Below, one piece after another: positions 38,658 to 51,559 of a stretch of 64,000 nucleotides of DNA. The stretch covers positions 144,710,001 through 144,774,000 of the forward strand of contig NC_086097.1 of assembly GCF_963921235.1 (NCBI RefSeq). Reading direction: 5' to 3'. This stretch comes from Mobula hypostoma (lineage: Eukaryota). The first letter of the stretch is position 1, and every line of letters starts with the position of its first letter. The position numbers were made by a program, and so were the translations under genes. The notes below the pieces were generated by a model. It saw only the letters and a program-made list of their open reading frames with translations, did not search any database and was not told where the DNA came from.

Positions 38658-40342
38658 AAGCAACATGCACAAAATGCTGCATGAACTCAGCAGGCCTAAA
38701 CAGCATCCACGGAAAAAAGTACAGTTGATAATTTGGGTCAAAACCCTTCAATGGGACTGGAGAAAGAAAGCAGAGGAGTTGACTTGAAAGATGAGGGGAG
38801 AAACGCCAGACAATAGGTGAAATTTGGAGGGGAGGGATGAAGCAAAGAGCTAGAAAATTGATTGCTGAAAGAGACAGAAGGCCATGGAAGAAAGAAGAAA
38901 GGGGGTTGGGAGGAGCACCCGGGGGAGGTGATGAGCAGACAAGGAGTTATCATGAGAGAGGAACACGGGGATGGGAAATGGTGAAGGGGGAGGGGTGGTG
39001 GTGGCATTACTGGAAGTTTGAGAAATCGATGTTCGTTCCATCAGGTTGGAGGTTACCCAAATGGAATATAAGGTGTGGTTCCTCCAACCTAAGTGTGGCC
39101 TTATCCCAACAGTGGAGGCGGCCTTGGATGGACATATCAGAATGCAAATGGGAAGTGGAATTAAAATGGGAGGCCACTGAGAGATCCCACTTGTTCTGAC
39201 GGACAGAGCTCCGATGCTCGGTGAAGTGGTCTCCCAAACTAGACTGGGTCTCACCGATTTACAAGAGTCCATAGTGGGAGCACCCCAACAGACTCACAGG
39301 TGAAATGTTGCCTCACCTGAAAGGACTGTTTGGGGCCCTGAATGGTAGTGAGGGAGGAGGTAGAGGGGCAGGTGAAGAACTTGATCCGCTTGCAAGGATA
39401 AGTGCCACGAGGGAGATCAGTGGGGAGGGACGGATGGACAAGGGAGTTGCATAGGGAGCGATCCCTGCAGAAAGCAGAAAGTGAGGGAGAGGGAAAGATG
39501 TGTTTGGTGGTGGGATCCAGTTGGAGCTGGTGGAATTTTCAGAGAATTATTTGCTATTCGCAGAGGCTGGTGGGGTGCTAGTTGAGGACAAGAGGAACCC
39601 TATCCCTGTAGTGTGGCAGGAGATGGGGTAAGAGCGGACGTGTGTGAAATGGAGGAGATGCAGTTGAGGCCAGCTTTGATGGTGGAGGAAGGGAAGCCCT
39701 TTTCTTTGAAAAAGGATGACATCATCTTCACTGTTGAATGAAAAGCCTCATCCTGAGAGCAGATGCAGCAGAGACCGAGGAATTGAGAGAATGGGATGGC
39801 GTTTTTACAAGTAGCAGTGTTGGACGAAGTATAGTCCAGGTAACTGTGAAAGTCCATTGATTTATAACAAACATTGGTGGATAAGCTGTCTCCGGAGATA
39901 GAGAGAGCAAGATCGAGAAAGGGAAGGGAAATGTCGGAAATGGACCAGGTGAATTTATGGGCTGGGTGGAAGTTGGAGGCAAAATGGATGAAATGGATGA
40001 GTTCAGCACAGGTGCAGGAAGCAGCACCAGTAGAGTCGTCAATGTAGCCTCCCTCTGGTGTTCCTCCCTCCCCTTTCTGTCTCTTTCACCAATCAACTTC
40101 CTAGCACTTTGCTTCATCCCTCCCCCTCCAAGTTTCACCAATTGCCTGGTGTCTCTCTCTCTCTCCTCTCTCCCCACCTTTCAAATCTGCTCCTCAGCCT
40201 TTTTTCTCTAGCCCTGCCAAAGGATTTCAGCCTGAAACATTGATTGTACTTTTTTCCATCGATGCTGCCTGGCCTGCTGAGTTCCTCCAGCATTTTGTGT
40301 GTGTCGCTCGGACTTCCAGCACCTGCAGATTTTCTCTTGTTT
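38658..40342 (-). mobile_element. Penelope-like element (RT C-terminus plus GIY-YIG endonuclease) with an inverted terminal arm at about 40050-40342
   Basis: YIDD at about 40036-40047(-), NFTWSISDISLPFLDL, FHSYLDYTSS, KNAIPFSQF, IGET...GDHFTEH, QPDGTNIDFSNF. TSD ctccctctgtc (38647-38657) / ctccctttgtc (40343-40353). Confidence 0.92.
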
Positions 40343-40355
40343 CTCCCTTTGTCTA

Positions 40356-41209
40356 CACTCAGTGGTCAGTTTTTAATTATACCTGGACACCTGCTTATTG
40401 GGTTGGCACGGTAGATAGTGGTTAGCACAGTGCTTTACAGTACAGGTGACCCAAGTTCAATTCCCGCTGCTGCTTGTAAGGAGTTTCTACATTCTGCCCA
40501 TAACTGCATGGGTTTCCTCCGAGTGTTCCCGTTCCCTCCCACAGTCCAAAGACGTATGGGCTGGTAGGTTAATTGGTCACTGTAAATTGTTCTGTGATTG
40601 GGCTAGAATTAAACTCGGAGAATGCTAGACGGTATGGCTCAAAGGGCCAGAAGGATCTACTCCGTGCTGTATGTCAATAAATAAATAAATTATCAATGCA
40701 AATTTCTAATCAGTCAATCACGTGGCAGCAACTCAATGCATAAATACATGCAATCATAGTTGAGAGATTCACTTGTTGTTCAGACCAAACTTCAGAATGG
40801 GGAAGAAATGTGATCCAATTAACTTTGACCATGGAATAATTCCTGGAGCCAGAGGGGGTGGTTTGACTGCTGATTCCAGGGATTTTCATATACAACAGTC
40901 TCTAGGCTTTACAGAGAATGGTACGAAAAATTAAAGAAGAATCCGGTGAGCTGGGGGCAAACACGCCTTGTTAATGACAGAGGTGAAAGGAGCATGGCCA
41001 GACTGGTTTAAGCTGAAGGAAGGCAACAATAACTCAGATAACTACACATTTGTACATGTTACAACAGTGGTGTGCAGAAGAGCATCTCTGAATGCACAGC
41101 ATGTCAAACTTTGAGGTGGATGGTCGACAGCAGTAGAAGACCACGAACATATGCTTAATGGCCATTTTTTTTAATTTCAGGAGGTACCTAACAAAATGGC
41201 CACTGAGCG
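40356..41209 (+). mobile_element. Tc1-derived non-autonomous DNA transposon
   Basis: TA-flanked TIRs cactcagtgg... and ...ccactgagcg. The interior resembles the start of a Tc1 transposase (MGKKCD..NFDHGII.GARGG). Confidence 0.85.
40400..40690 (+). mobile_element. V-SINE, near full length
   Basis: tRNA-like A/B boxes (ggcacggtagatagtggttag; gttcaattccc), V-domain and an (aata)n tail. Confidence 0.85.
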
Positions 41210-41959
41210 TATACTCCTTACTGCCTCTGCAAAGCAGCCAACATGATCAAAGACCTCACCCACCCCAGACATTCTTTCCTCCCCTCAACATGCAGAAGAT
41301 ACAAAAACCTGAAGGCACATACCATGTCAAAGCCAGATTCTACCCCGCTGTAGTAAATCTACCAAGTGGTTCCATAGTACAATAAGATGGACTCTTGACA
41401 TCACAATCTACTTTGTTGTAATCTTGCACTTTATTGTCTACTTATACTTTCTTTGTAGCAGTTACAATTTATTCTGCATCGTTATTGTTTTCACTCGTTC
41501 TACCTCAATGCAGTGTATTGATTTGATCTGTATGAACAGTACACAAAACAAACTTTTTACTGTATTCCAGTACATTTGACAACAATAAATCAATTCAAAT
41601 CCTCTGCTGGATACCTGTGCTCCCAATAATTATTTTGATACATTCTCCCTCTTCTTCCTTACAATATCGCGAAGCTGCAGATCAAGGGACATCGCTCGTT
41701 TCTTCTATTTGCTCTCTCTTTAATGAATGGGGCCTTGTGCCAAATATCTGCCCCTATAATTTGGCCACCAAAATTTTCATCTGTTTATTTTGCTTACCGT
41801 GGCAGTTAGCTGCTCACCAACTGAAGACTAAGTATATGGCATATTTCCCAGACAGAAGTTTGAACCCAAAGGGGTGAGATTGGAATAGTGGATAGCAAAG
41901 GACCAACAACAGCTACACACTAACACCAGTGAATGTGAGCAAATGCACCAGCCTAAGTA

Positions 41960-42370
41960 ACCAGAGGTGGAGAGCCGTTGGCCAGAGGCCCATGTTGGCA
42001 ATCTTTGTGAGTCCACTGGGGTAGTCTAAGGCCAAAAATCTATGTGTCCGCTCCGAATCCAGGTCCGCTGGATGCTGGAGGCTAAAGAATATGGACTGTT
42101 TTTGGGTTAGAGGACTGCAGATGTGTGTGTGTGGGAGGGAGGAATGGGGGCTTGTTTTGCTGCTGTTGTTTAGTTGCTTGTGTTCTGGTTTGTTGTGTCC
42201 TGTGTTGTTCTGCCGAACATTGTGGGCACACTATTCCGACCCTTGCGGTCTGCCCCCAGCACACCCGCAGATGTGTTAGTTGTTAATTCAAACAATGTAT
42301 TTCACTGTATGTTTAGATGAACTGCATATGTGACAAATAATTTTGAATTTTGAATCTCAAATCTTGAATT
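41960..42370 (+). mobile_element. Short interspersed repeat with a Rex-like 3' tail
   Basis: Ends tttcactgtatgttt...tgtgacaaataa followed by (ttgaat)-like repeats, resembling the Rex tails in this window. Confidence 0.45.
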
Positions 42371-43429
42371 CAAGTTACTACATCTTAAATATTATCAACA
42401 ATCACCTGCATTTATATGGCAAGTTGAACACTGCATATTGCGTGACAAATAGATGAAAGTGGAAGCAGTCAGAGGTCAAAATCGCAGGTTTCAAGTGGCC
42501 TAAAAGGCAGAGTCAGAGGGGTGGAATTGGAAAGATTTAGCGGTATAACACAGACCTCAGGACTTTGAGAATTAGAACTAAGAGGGGCGGTGGAAAAAGT
42601 AGTGCCTGGCATATAGAGATAGGATAAAACTCAAACGTATAATTAGATTGCAGTTTGTACTATCACAGGGGCAGGGAGAAAGCATTCCCAGCATGATAAG
42701 GTGAAAATGGCTTCACAGTCTTGTATGAAATACTGCCCTGGTGCTGAGTCATGTAATTTTCACAGATCATGATGTGATTGTTTTTCTTCCTGTAGCTGGG
42801 CTGGGAAAGACTGGCAAGGCTGGGCACAGGCACCATTTAATTATATGAACTTCATTTCCATTGGTCTCCACTGAAGTCAGCCAGACCCCTGGCTGATTTG
42901 GCTTTGACATGCCTGGGAAGGGTATAGAGAGGAAATGGGTGGGTTTGCCCTAGTAGCACAATCTGGGGGGGGGGGATTTTTCTGAAGGGCTCTGAGCTCA
43001 TAGGCTGCCTTGACCTGGCAAGAGCATTTTACGATCTGTGATAACTAAAAGGGATTGGAGTCAAAGGGTGGGTAAAGAAAAACACAGCAAGAAACATCAG
43101 ACTGGGTGTCAATACTTTGTTCAGAAGGGAAACAATCATTAAAGCAACATTACAATCCCTGAGAAAATGACTCTCCTTAAAGGGGCAACACCAGCAGCAC
43201 CTTTCATTACATGCTGTGTCAAATTACTGCATTTAGCCATGTTGACATACAGCTGTTTTGTTCCAAAATTAAATTCTCTCCGATCTCTTCTCATACAGCA
43301 CTCCAAAGTCAGATTCAGACAGGGTTAGATTCAAATTAAGCAAAAAATCCCCAGCAAGCAATCCCAGGCCTAATTATAGTACTAATCAAATGCAGAATAA
43401 AACTGTTTCATGCCAGCCTAGGCTGACTG

Positions 43430-43650
43430 CTGGCACTATCTCTAAATCAGAAGATCAGAAAGTTGAGGGCTGCAATCAACACTGAAATTACTATAACCCA
43501 TTGATGAATGTTGACTATTAGGTATGCTTTCATTTAGATGGGATGCTAAATCGAATCTTTGCCTGTGTCTTGCACATGCACAAAGCAATTTTGCTTTGCA
43601 ATCTGCATGTCATAAGCAACACAAAGAAGAGGAAGTTGCCTTTTGTTGTT
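43430..43650 (+). mobile_element. Ancient Deu-domain-type SINE remnant (similar relics at about 57625-57900 and 61640-61800)
   Basis: Degenerate resemblance, from memory, to the shark tRNA/Deu SINE pattern cctctgagtcagaaggttg...tttcggatgagacgttaaaccga. Confidence 0.4.
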
Positions 43651-44575
43651 CTTTTTTAAATTGAAGTTTATGGGATCTTTGTGTATAAGGTGCAATGCAG
43701 AATTCTGACCAGCTGAATTCACAAAACGAGGTAGACTTGGAAGAATTAGGGTAAAGGCCAGAATGTCACTGATGGTTCTCTGGAGTTTCTCCCGGAAGAA
43801 GTTAAAGTGAAGGCAGGCGTCTTCTCTCTAATCACTATTGAGACAATCCCTACACAAGTTAATTGGCTGTGAGAAGACAAGCAGAGGTAATTTTCAAGAG
43901 CATCACCCCCAAGGGCCTGTATCTAGTGCAATAAACAATTCATGAGTAATAAGGCTTTGCATTTCTCCAGTCTCGCAAGCTCATAGAGTCATAAAGCACT
44001 ACAGCACAGAAACAGGCCCCTCGGCCCATCAGGTGCATGCAAGCCTGGTCTGCTTTGTTCCATCTACCTGCACCTGGTCCACAGCCCTCCACACCTCTCG
44101 CATCCACGTACATATCCAAACATCTCTTAAATGATCCAGTTGACTTGCTGCCCTACTGACTCTCCCTAATCAGGCCTCGTCTATTCAAAAACTTATATAA
44201 CCTGCCCTTATAATACATTCCAATCATTTACCCACAACCGATGTCAGGCTCACTTGCTTGATCCATTCTTATTGGTTTCATTGGTAGGCTTACCACCTTT
44301 TGCTGTGGCTTCTTCTTCTAAATGAACACTTTCTGCTCAATATTATTCAAACTTGGCTGCTTTTGCTTTTTTTACCTCTGAGTAGTTGTGCAACAATCAC
44401 AACGCCCACAAAGTTGAATGGTTTTTCAACAGAGAAACTCAATCACTTTTGCCTTTTCTTTTTCTGCAGGATAAGACAATGCAATGTATAGCAGTTCGAT
44501 TTTCTGTTTACTTTGGGAATCTCACCTGAACTTGGAAGGTCAGCCTTTTCTGAAGGTACTCCCTTGGTGGGAGAG

Positions 44576-47500
44576 TGTCACGGTCCTGTTTGATCAGCGG
44601 TGGACATCCAAGTTTCAGCACACCAAACCATGGAGTATAGTTAGTTGCCACTGTCTCTTTAATACTCAGACCGTCAATTATTGCCTGCCACATTCATGGA
44701 AAGTAGGCCTCATGCTGAGCACCCAGTGCTCAATCGTATGAGTTCCATTTCTAATGCTACTGTTTGCGATTTTGCGTTTAGATTTTGTTTGTGTTGGAGT
44801 CTGAGGCAATTCTAGATCTTACTCTGCACTTGGATTCACCACCATCCACAGCTCTCTTGTTACAGCACAGCGGAATGATGAACCCAGCAGAGTATGAAAG
44901 TCTGCGAACAACATTGGCCTGCCAGAGAGAAACTGTTGGCATGCTTCAGGAGGTCTTTACCACTCTCCAGAAACTCTTTGACCCCAGTTTGGCTGGATCA
45001 GCCGTCAGTTCTGGGCATGTTCAAACTAGAGACTCTGTCAATGTTCATGAGTGTTTGCTGCACTCAATGGCTCATGGGTGGTATGACGATAACCAAGAAG
45101 TATGCTGAGGATTCCTGGCTTAATGCTCCTTGGCCTTTGAGTTGCAGCCATCCAAGTTCCCATCGGAACAGAGTAATGTAGTCTTTATCATCTTGCTCCT
45201 TACTGGAAGAGCCCTTGCCTGGGCCATCACACTCTGGGAGAAGGCTTCACCCGCCTGTGCCAGTGCAGACATCTTTTCAAAGACTTTGAGGAGAGTGTTC
45301 TATCACCCTGATGGAGGACAGGGGTCTGTGATAAAGCTCCTCAACTTGCACCATGGGAGTCAATCTGTGGGCGACAATTTCATAGAATTTTGTACCCTGG
45401 TGACCGAGAATGGTTGGAATATGGAAGCACTAACTGCTTTGTTCCATAAGGGATTGAGTGATGGTCTAAAGGATGCCCTTGTAAACAGAGATCTGCTGGA
45501 GGATCTAGAGAGTCTTATGGATGTAAGGGTCTTTGCCCCACTGACCCCCCCATTGCCTCAGGTGAATAGCCATCAACCCCGCCAAACAGTGCAATTGCTT
45601 TGGTGCAGATAAGGTGTGAGTCACCCAATGATCAGCCACGACACAAATATGAAACAATATACAAAGTGCGAGTAAAGAATTATACTTCATAGCAAATTTT
45701 TGGTGATGGGTTAGTAGAAACAACTACCAGAAGAGGCGCCACATAACTAACTTATCAGTCTTGTGCACATAATATTTTAATACGTTGGAGCTCACGCCTC
45801 CGATTCCATCCACAACGTCCTTTCAAGACTCCAGCCACCCTCTGAACCCCCGAGGTCCGGTGTCCACCACCCGGGAACAGCTGTCCGTTCCTCATGTTTC
45901 CGTCCTGTCTGCTCGCCTCCCGAAAAAGCCCGTGCTCCTCAACTCAGCACACATATGCAAAATAACAGAACATGACTTCCATTGGCTAGCAAATGAATAC
46001 AATTTCCATTATCTCCCTGTATAACCCAAACATTGCAGTTACAGAGAACCCCTTGCTCAGCAGTTAACATTACGAGAAGCCATTTTAATATAACACTTCA
46101 GAGAAGCCATTTTGGTAATAAGTGATCAACAGTTAACAATCCGTCTAGTATACTGAGAGCCCTACATGGAGAAGGAATAAACACCAAGGAAATTATTCCG
46201 AAGAGACTGTCTCATTGATTATTTTCTGTCCCCACCTATTCCCAACCCTAGACACCTTTGTTGACTCTGGTGCAGCGGGGAATTTTTTTGGACCGGGACA
46301 GGTCAGAAGGTTGAAAAACCCCTTTTCGCATCTCAACCAGTGGCTTGTTACCACAACCCTTGATGGGATACCTTTGGCGCCAGGGTAGATCAACCACCAA
46401 ACACCCCCACTCAAGTTCAAGATTGGTCAGCATGTCAAATCAATCCAGCTCTATCTCATTCACTCCCCAGAAATACCACTCATTCTGGGTCATTCCTGGC
46501 TCTCATCCCACAACTTGAGAGCCAATTGGACTACTGATGTTGTTCTGGGCTGGTCAAACCAGTGCAAAAAGAAATTCCTCCAAAAGGGGCCAAAGACATC
46601 TTCCGGGTTACCTCCGAGAGGACCTCCAACATGCCTCTGAATTACCTGTTGTATCTGCCACCTCTAATCCCAGTGTATCTGATTTGTCTAGAATGCTATT
46701 GATCTGCTACTGGGTATTTGTCCTGATTGGGGATGGCTCTACTCTCTATCAGCCGCAGACAGAGAAGCCATGGAGGACTACATCCAAGTAGCTCCGGCAT
46801 CTGGGTTAATTCAACCAACCACATCTCCCATCGGGGCTGGGTTTTTCTTCAACTCACCAAGGAGGATAGTGGACTAAGGCCCTGCATAGAGGATGGGGGC
46901 TAAATAAGATCACTGTCAAAAACCAGTACCATCTCCCTCTCATGCACACTGTCTTTGAGATTCTCCAGGGAGCTACAATATTTACCAAGTTGGACCCCCG
47001 TCACTGCGCATTCATAAGTCTCTCAACAAGAGATTTTCCCACGTGGGTTGAATCCAGAAAACCGGGCCCTTGTTACATTGGTCTATTCAAAAACCTGTGA
47101 CACATCAACCCAGTTACCTGTTGCCTCCAACTCCCAAGCATCATGTGGAATCACATCACTTTCCACGTATCCCACCTCGAGCCCCTTAGCTCCAGTTCCC
47201 AAACCTCCTCCGCCACCCAGAACTGTTGAAGAACAACCCGCGTACAGTCTGGCGACTTTTGGACACCCGTGTTTTTCGAGGTAAAAGGCAGTACCTTGTA
47301 GATTGGGAGGAATATATACCAGAAGAAAGAAACTGAATTCCTTCATAGGACATCCTTGACCCTACCTTAATAAAAGACTTTCACCAGCACCATTCTGATC
47401 ACCCTGGGCCATCAGGAGCCAGCTGTGGGGGCCGTTCTGTCATGGTCCCAAGTAAACAGTGACAGTCATCCAAGTTTCCGCACTCCATTTTCCCAGAGTA

Positions 47501-47743
47501 TGGTTAGCTGCCACTGCCCCTTGATGACTTGAACTGCCAATTATTGCCTGCCACATTCCTTCATGGAAAGTCCGTACTTACAGGCCTCATGCTGAGTACT
47601 CAGTGCTCAATCATAGAAGTTCCATTTCTAGTACTATTGTTTGTCATGTTGCCTTTGGATTTTGTTTGTGTTGTCTTCTTTATTCCAAGTCTGAGTTAAT
47701 CCTAGGCGGTCTCTTCACCACCAGCTATAGCTCCCTTGCTACA
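44576..47743 (+). mobile_element. Second sushi-type Gypsy element, old and internally deleted
   Basis: LTRs 44576-44864 and 47438-47743; TSD gagag/gagac; gag MNPAE...LLTGRALAWA...GWNMEAL; PR FVDSGAAGNF; partial [10 protein letters not shown]...GATIFTKLD joined to the integrase tail/chromodomain (YLVDWEEY). Confidence 0.9.
45522..46166. repeat. Solo LTR (645 bp) of a different family inserted in gag
   Basis: tgtaaggg...gccctaca termini and a perfect 4-bp TSD tgga (45518-45521 / 46167-46170). Confidence 0.8.
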
Positions 47744-48779
47744 GAGACTTCAGCCTTTATTCTCCATGGTGAAAGTTGCTATTAAGTAAGGCTCAGATAA
47801 ATCCTATGGATTATATATGCTATCTACTGAATGAAGGATGTGTTGGTATAGGCATGAATGAATATCCACACAGGTCACGCAAGCTAACCCTGTGGCACTT
47901 CTAAGGTTGGGGAAAGAAGCTGGGGAAACCGTTTAGAGTTTGGAATCATGCCATCCCTGAAGCAGAGTCTTTCTTGAACCCAGAATAATAATCAGGAAAC
48001 TTGAGTACGTCAAGCTGCACCATGTAGTTATCCACCTCTACGCTGTCTCAGTGCCATGGTGACCATTGCCCCTATTTCTTTTTCAGTTTTATTTTTTCTC
48101 TCAGCATCTGGAATCGATTGAAGGCAATGCAGGGGCGGAGACTGCCTCAGTCACTTGTGTCCCAGATGGAAGAACAAATGAGCAATAGTCTAATCACAGG
48201 GAGAAACTGACTGATGTGCAAATAATTAAGTAAAATAGGAACCTGTTGAATATTAGAAACATTATGCATTGGGAAATTAATAAACAAAAAAAACACAAAC
48301 TCCCAAAAATGGTGAGAGTAGCTGATTAGTGAAAGGAGTGATCTAATATCCCCAGTCACCCATGGAACTCCAGTGCCTTTGTTCTTTACTCAAATAAGCA
48401 ACTTTGCACCTCCACGTTAAATATTTCTAAATGCTGAACTATTCATTTTTCTTTCTATTTAATCTGGGCAAGATCCCTTTCCATCTTTTTATAATCAACT
48501 TTTGCTTCCATCATCATTTACTCTATCCTCAACTTTTCTTTTTCTTTACACTCCCATAATTATTCTCAGGTCACTGTTTCCATAACATACAATGACCATT
48601 GGGCTTTCTGTTTGCTTGGCTTCATTATCCACAACCAGTTGGCATTAAAAATGGACAAAGAGATCCACTTTTCCTGGGAATCACAAAAGGTAGGAGACCA
48701 TTTCAGAGTCTGGTGCCTGCTCTAGGTCTTTACAGAGTTAAACAATGTCATGTTCCCTCACTCATTCTCCACAATCCTG

Positions 48780-49175
48780 AAAATGAATATTGAATTCTCC
48801 AGTTTCAGACCACCTACTTCCCTCTGCTCCTTTCTCTCTCCTGATATACCCACATCCTCTCCTACACTGCCTTCTTTGTAACATCCCCATTTCCTACAGC
48901 CCCTTATCACCCAGTTTCTTACTTTTCCCCACTTGTTCCATCTGCCCATTATCCACACCCTCCTCATACTAGGTCCCCTAACTCCTCCCTCAGTTGTTCT
49001 CACCTGATCACCATTTGTCCCAGAAGACTGTAAGACCCAAAGACATAGGAGCAGAATTAGACTATTCATCCTATCAGGTCTGCTCCTCCAATCCATCTTG
49101 GCGGATTCATCATATCTCTCAACCCCATTCTCCCGCCTTCTCCCTGCAAACTTTGACACCCTTATTAATCAAGAA
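48780..49175. mobile_element. Old Penelope 3' fragment (+) followed by a CR1 3' tail (-)
   Basis: aatattgaattctccagtttcag (NIEFSSF) plus a pyrimidine-rich UTR, then gacataggagcagaattag...ccccattctcccgccttctccc. Confidence 0.6.
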
Positions 49176-49947
49176 TAAGGGTGGGGGAATGGAACTAATG
49201 CTTTTCAATGATCAGGCATGAACTCAATGGATTGAATGGTTTTCCTATATGCCACAACATTTCCATCAATCTATCATCAACCTATCCATAATCACTCTGC
49301 TTATTTTAGCAAATTATCTTTACTATGGGCTTTCTGCAGATAAATTACCTTCCTAATGAAAAAACTTCCTTTCACTTCATGAATTATTAATGAATCATTA
49401 AAACCTTCATAATTCCGATTATCCACCTTAAATCTCCTCTTTGCCTTTGCTTTTCATACAGCCATCCTAATATCCTTCCTCTCTCCACTCAAGTGAAATA
49501 TTTAATAAATCACCTCTGCAGCATTATGAGTTTATGTGTTGCAGAATAGGGAGTTCACTTTCCGCAGGCACCTGCTCAGTTCTAATGATCAGCAACCATG
49601 GGGAATACAGGATAGTGTTGTTATTTTAAAGGAGCCCTTCAACATTTTAGACCTCCTTCTGCACAACATAATCCCAGGAGTCTGCACATTTCCAGGGCAG
49701 TCAGTCAGCGCAATATTTTCCATACACTTGCTCCTCTGCACACATGTTTTATTGATATTCAGTCATGAGTCAAGTTGTGTTCTAATACCTGCAACAACAT
49801 ATTTGACAACATTACAACCACCAGTGTTTGACAACAGTCTCAGTAGTGACAACGGAAGAGTTGACAGTGAGCCAATTGTCGCCAATCCTGAAACATGGAT
49901 AGCAATGAAGTGATGACACCACATTTTTCATGGTCATTGAAATTTGT

Positions 49948-50240
49948 ATCAGAATCAGAATCAGGTTTAATATCATTGGCATAAGTTGCGAAATACAATG
50001 CAATACATAATAATAGAGAAAAATGTGAATCACAGTAAGTACTTATGTGTGTGTATATATAAATAATAGTTATATTTGATACTGTATGTAGTGCAAAAAT
50101 AGAATTAAAAAAGTAATGAAGTAGTGTTCATGGGTTCAATATTCATTCAGAAATCTAATAGCAGAGGGGAAGAAGCAGTTTCTGAATCATTGAATGTGTG
50201 CCTTCAGGCTTCTGTACCTCCTCCCTGATGGTAACGATGT
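49948..50240 (-). mobile_element. Rex1/Babar-type 3' end
   Basis: atcagaatcagaatcaggtttaatatc tail and body similar to 20836-21170. Confidence 0.8.
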
Positions 50241-50984
50241 GACCTGGGAGATGGTGTGAGAGAAACAGAGTTAATGCTTCAGCTTCAAGACCCTTCAGAA
50301 TTCTCTCACAGTCCACTAGTTAGGCTGTTACTGAGGTAGAAAAGCTAATTAATATTAGCAATGACCTAGTGTCACCCATGCTTTGCAATAGGACATTGTA
50401 CTCAGAAATTGCTCTACACAGCATTCAATTTATGCATTGCTCTTTTGACAAGTTTGTGGATAGGAGAGGTTTAGTGGGCTGCAGGCCAAACATGGACAGA
50501 CAGGATTAGCTCAATGGGCAACACTGTCAGCATAGATGAGTTGGCCCAAAGGACTTGCTTCCGTGTTGCATATGACTGATAGTTCTAGTGACTACGACAG
50601 TTGTAAGGAAGGTTGACTCCCTTGTTCAGTAATAGTACAGATTATCCATGACCAGTACACTGGACTGCTCCAACAATAAAAGAAATCTTACCTTTTCAGT
50701 AGTCATAGCTGAAACAGTAACCACACATACACTATATCATATAATTAACAAAGTATTGATTCAACTTCACAACATGTTTACAAATTCTGGCAATTTTGCT
50801 CTGGTGTCATCTCTGTTCCATTACTCTCTTCGGAAGGAACAGTCTCCTTTCTAAATGCGTCTAATTAACTGTGGGCAACAGATTCATTCCCTGAAATCAC
50901 ACTATGTTCTGCAGTTTAAATCTGACCTCGCTACTAATTCTGCTTTTATCACTACTGAGATTGTTGTCAAATGCTGTAACTATT

Positions 50985-51370
50985 AGAACATGGAACATAA
51001 AATGTGGAACAGTACAGTACAGGACAGGCAGTATGTTTTATAATATCAAAGTAAGCTCAATCTCTTCTGCCTATTCATGATCCATATCCCAGCATTCCCT
51101 GTATATTCAGGGTTTTAAAGGGTCTCTATTGTATCTGCTTCCACCACATCCCTAGCAACCCATTCTATGCACGTATCACTCTCTGTGGGAAAAAAACCCT
51201 GCCCTACACATCTCCTTTAAACTTACCGCACCTTACCGTAAATACATGTCCTCTAGTATTTGACATTTTTACCCTGGGAAGAAAAAGATTCTGGCTATCG
51301 ACGCTTCTCATAATTTTATAAACTTCTATCAGGTCTCTCCTTAGCCTAGATCACTCCAGAGAAAACAACA
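50985..51370 (-). mobile_element. CR1 LINE 3' fragment
   Basis: tagaacatggaacata tail and antisense RGDLIEVYKIMR (ataattttataaacttctatcaggtctc). Confidence 0.75.
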
Positions 51371-51559
51371 TCTGTATGAGAATAGGAATTAAACACAGAT
51401 GCTGCTCGACCTGCTGAGTTCCTCCAGAATATTGTTTGTTTCTCCAGATGCTGAAGTATGTTTGATACCATCTGCTCACAAGATCCTGAGTGAAACTATG
51501 GTCCAGTGTCAGAAGCTGTTTCCTTCAATAGACTATAACATGCAAACATGTTTTTTGTA

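Larger units (their letters stand above)
37250..41600 (+). mobile_element. Rex1/Babar-type LINE split by Penelope and Tc1 insertions
   Basis: [46 protein letters not shown] and LSLKVSKRKELVIVFR. It resumes at about 41212 and ends aataaatcaattcaa. Confidence 0.85.

Noticed and set aside
40400..40475. tRNA gene
   Set aside because: The A/B boxes belong to a SINE head that continues into a V-domain and AT-rich tail; there is no complete cloverleaf.
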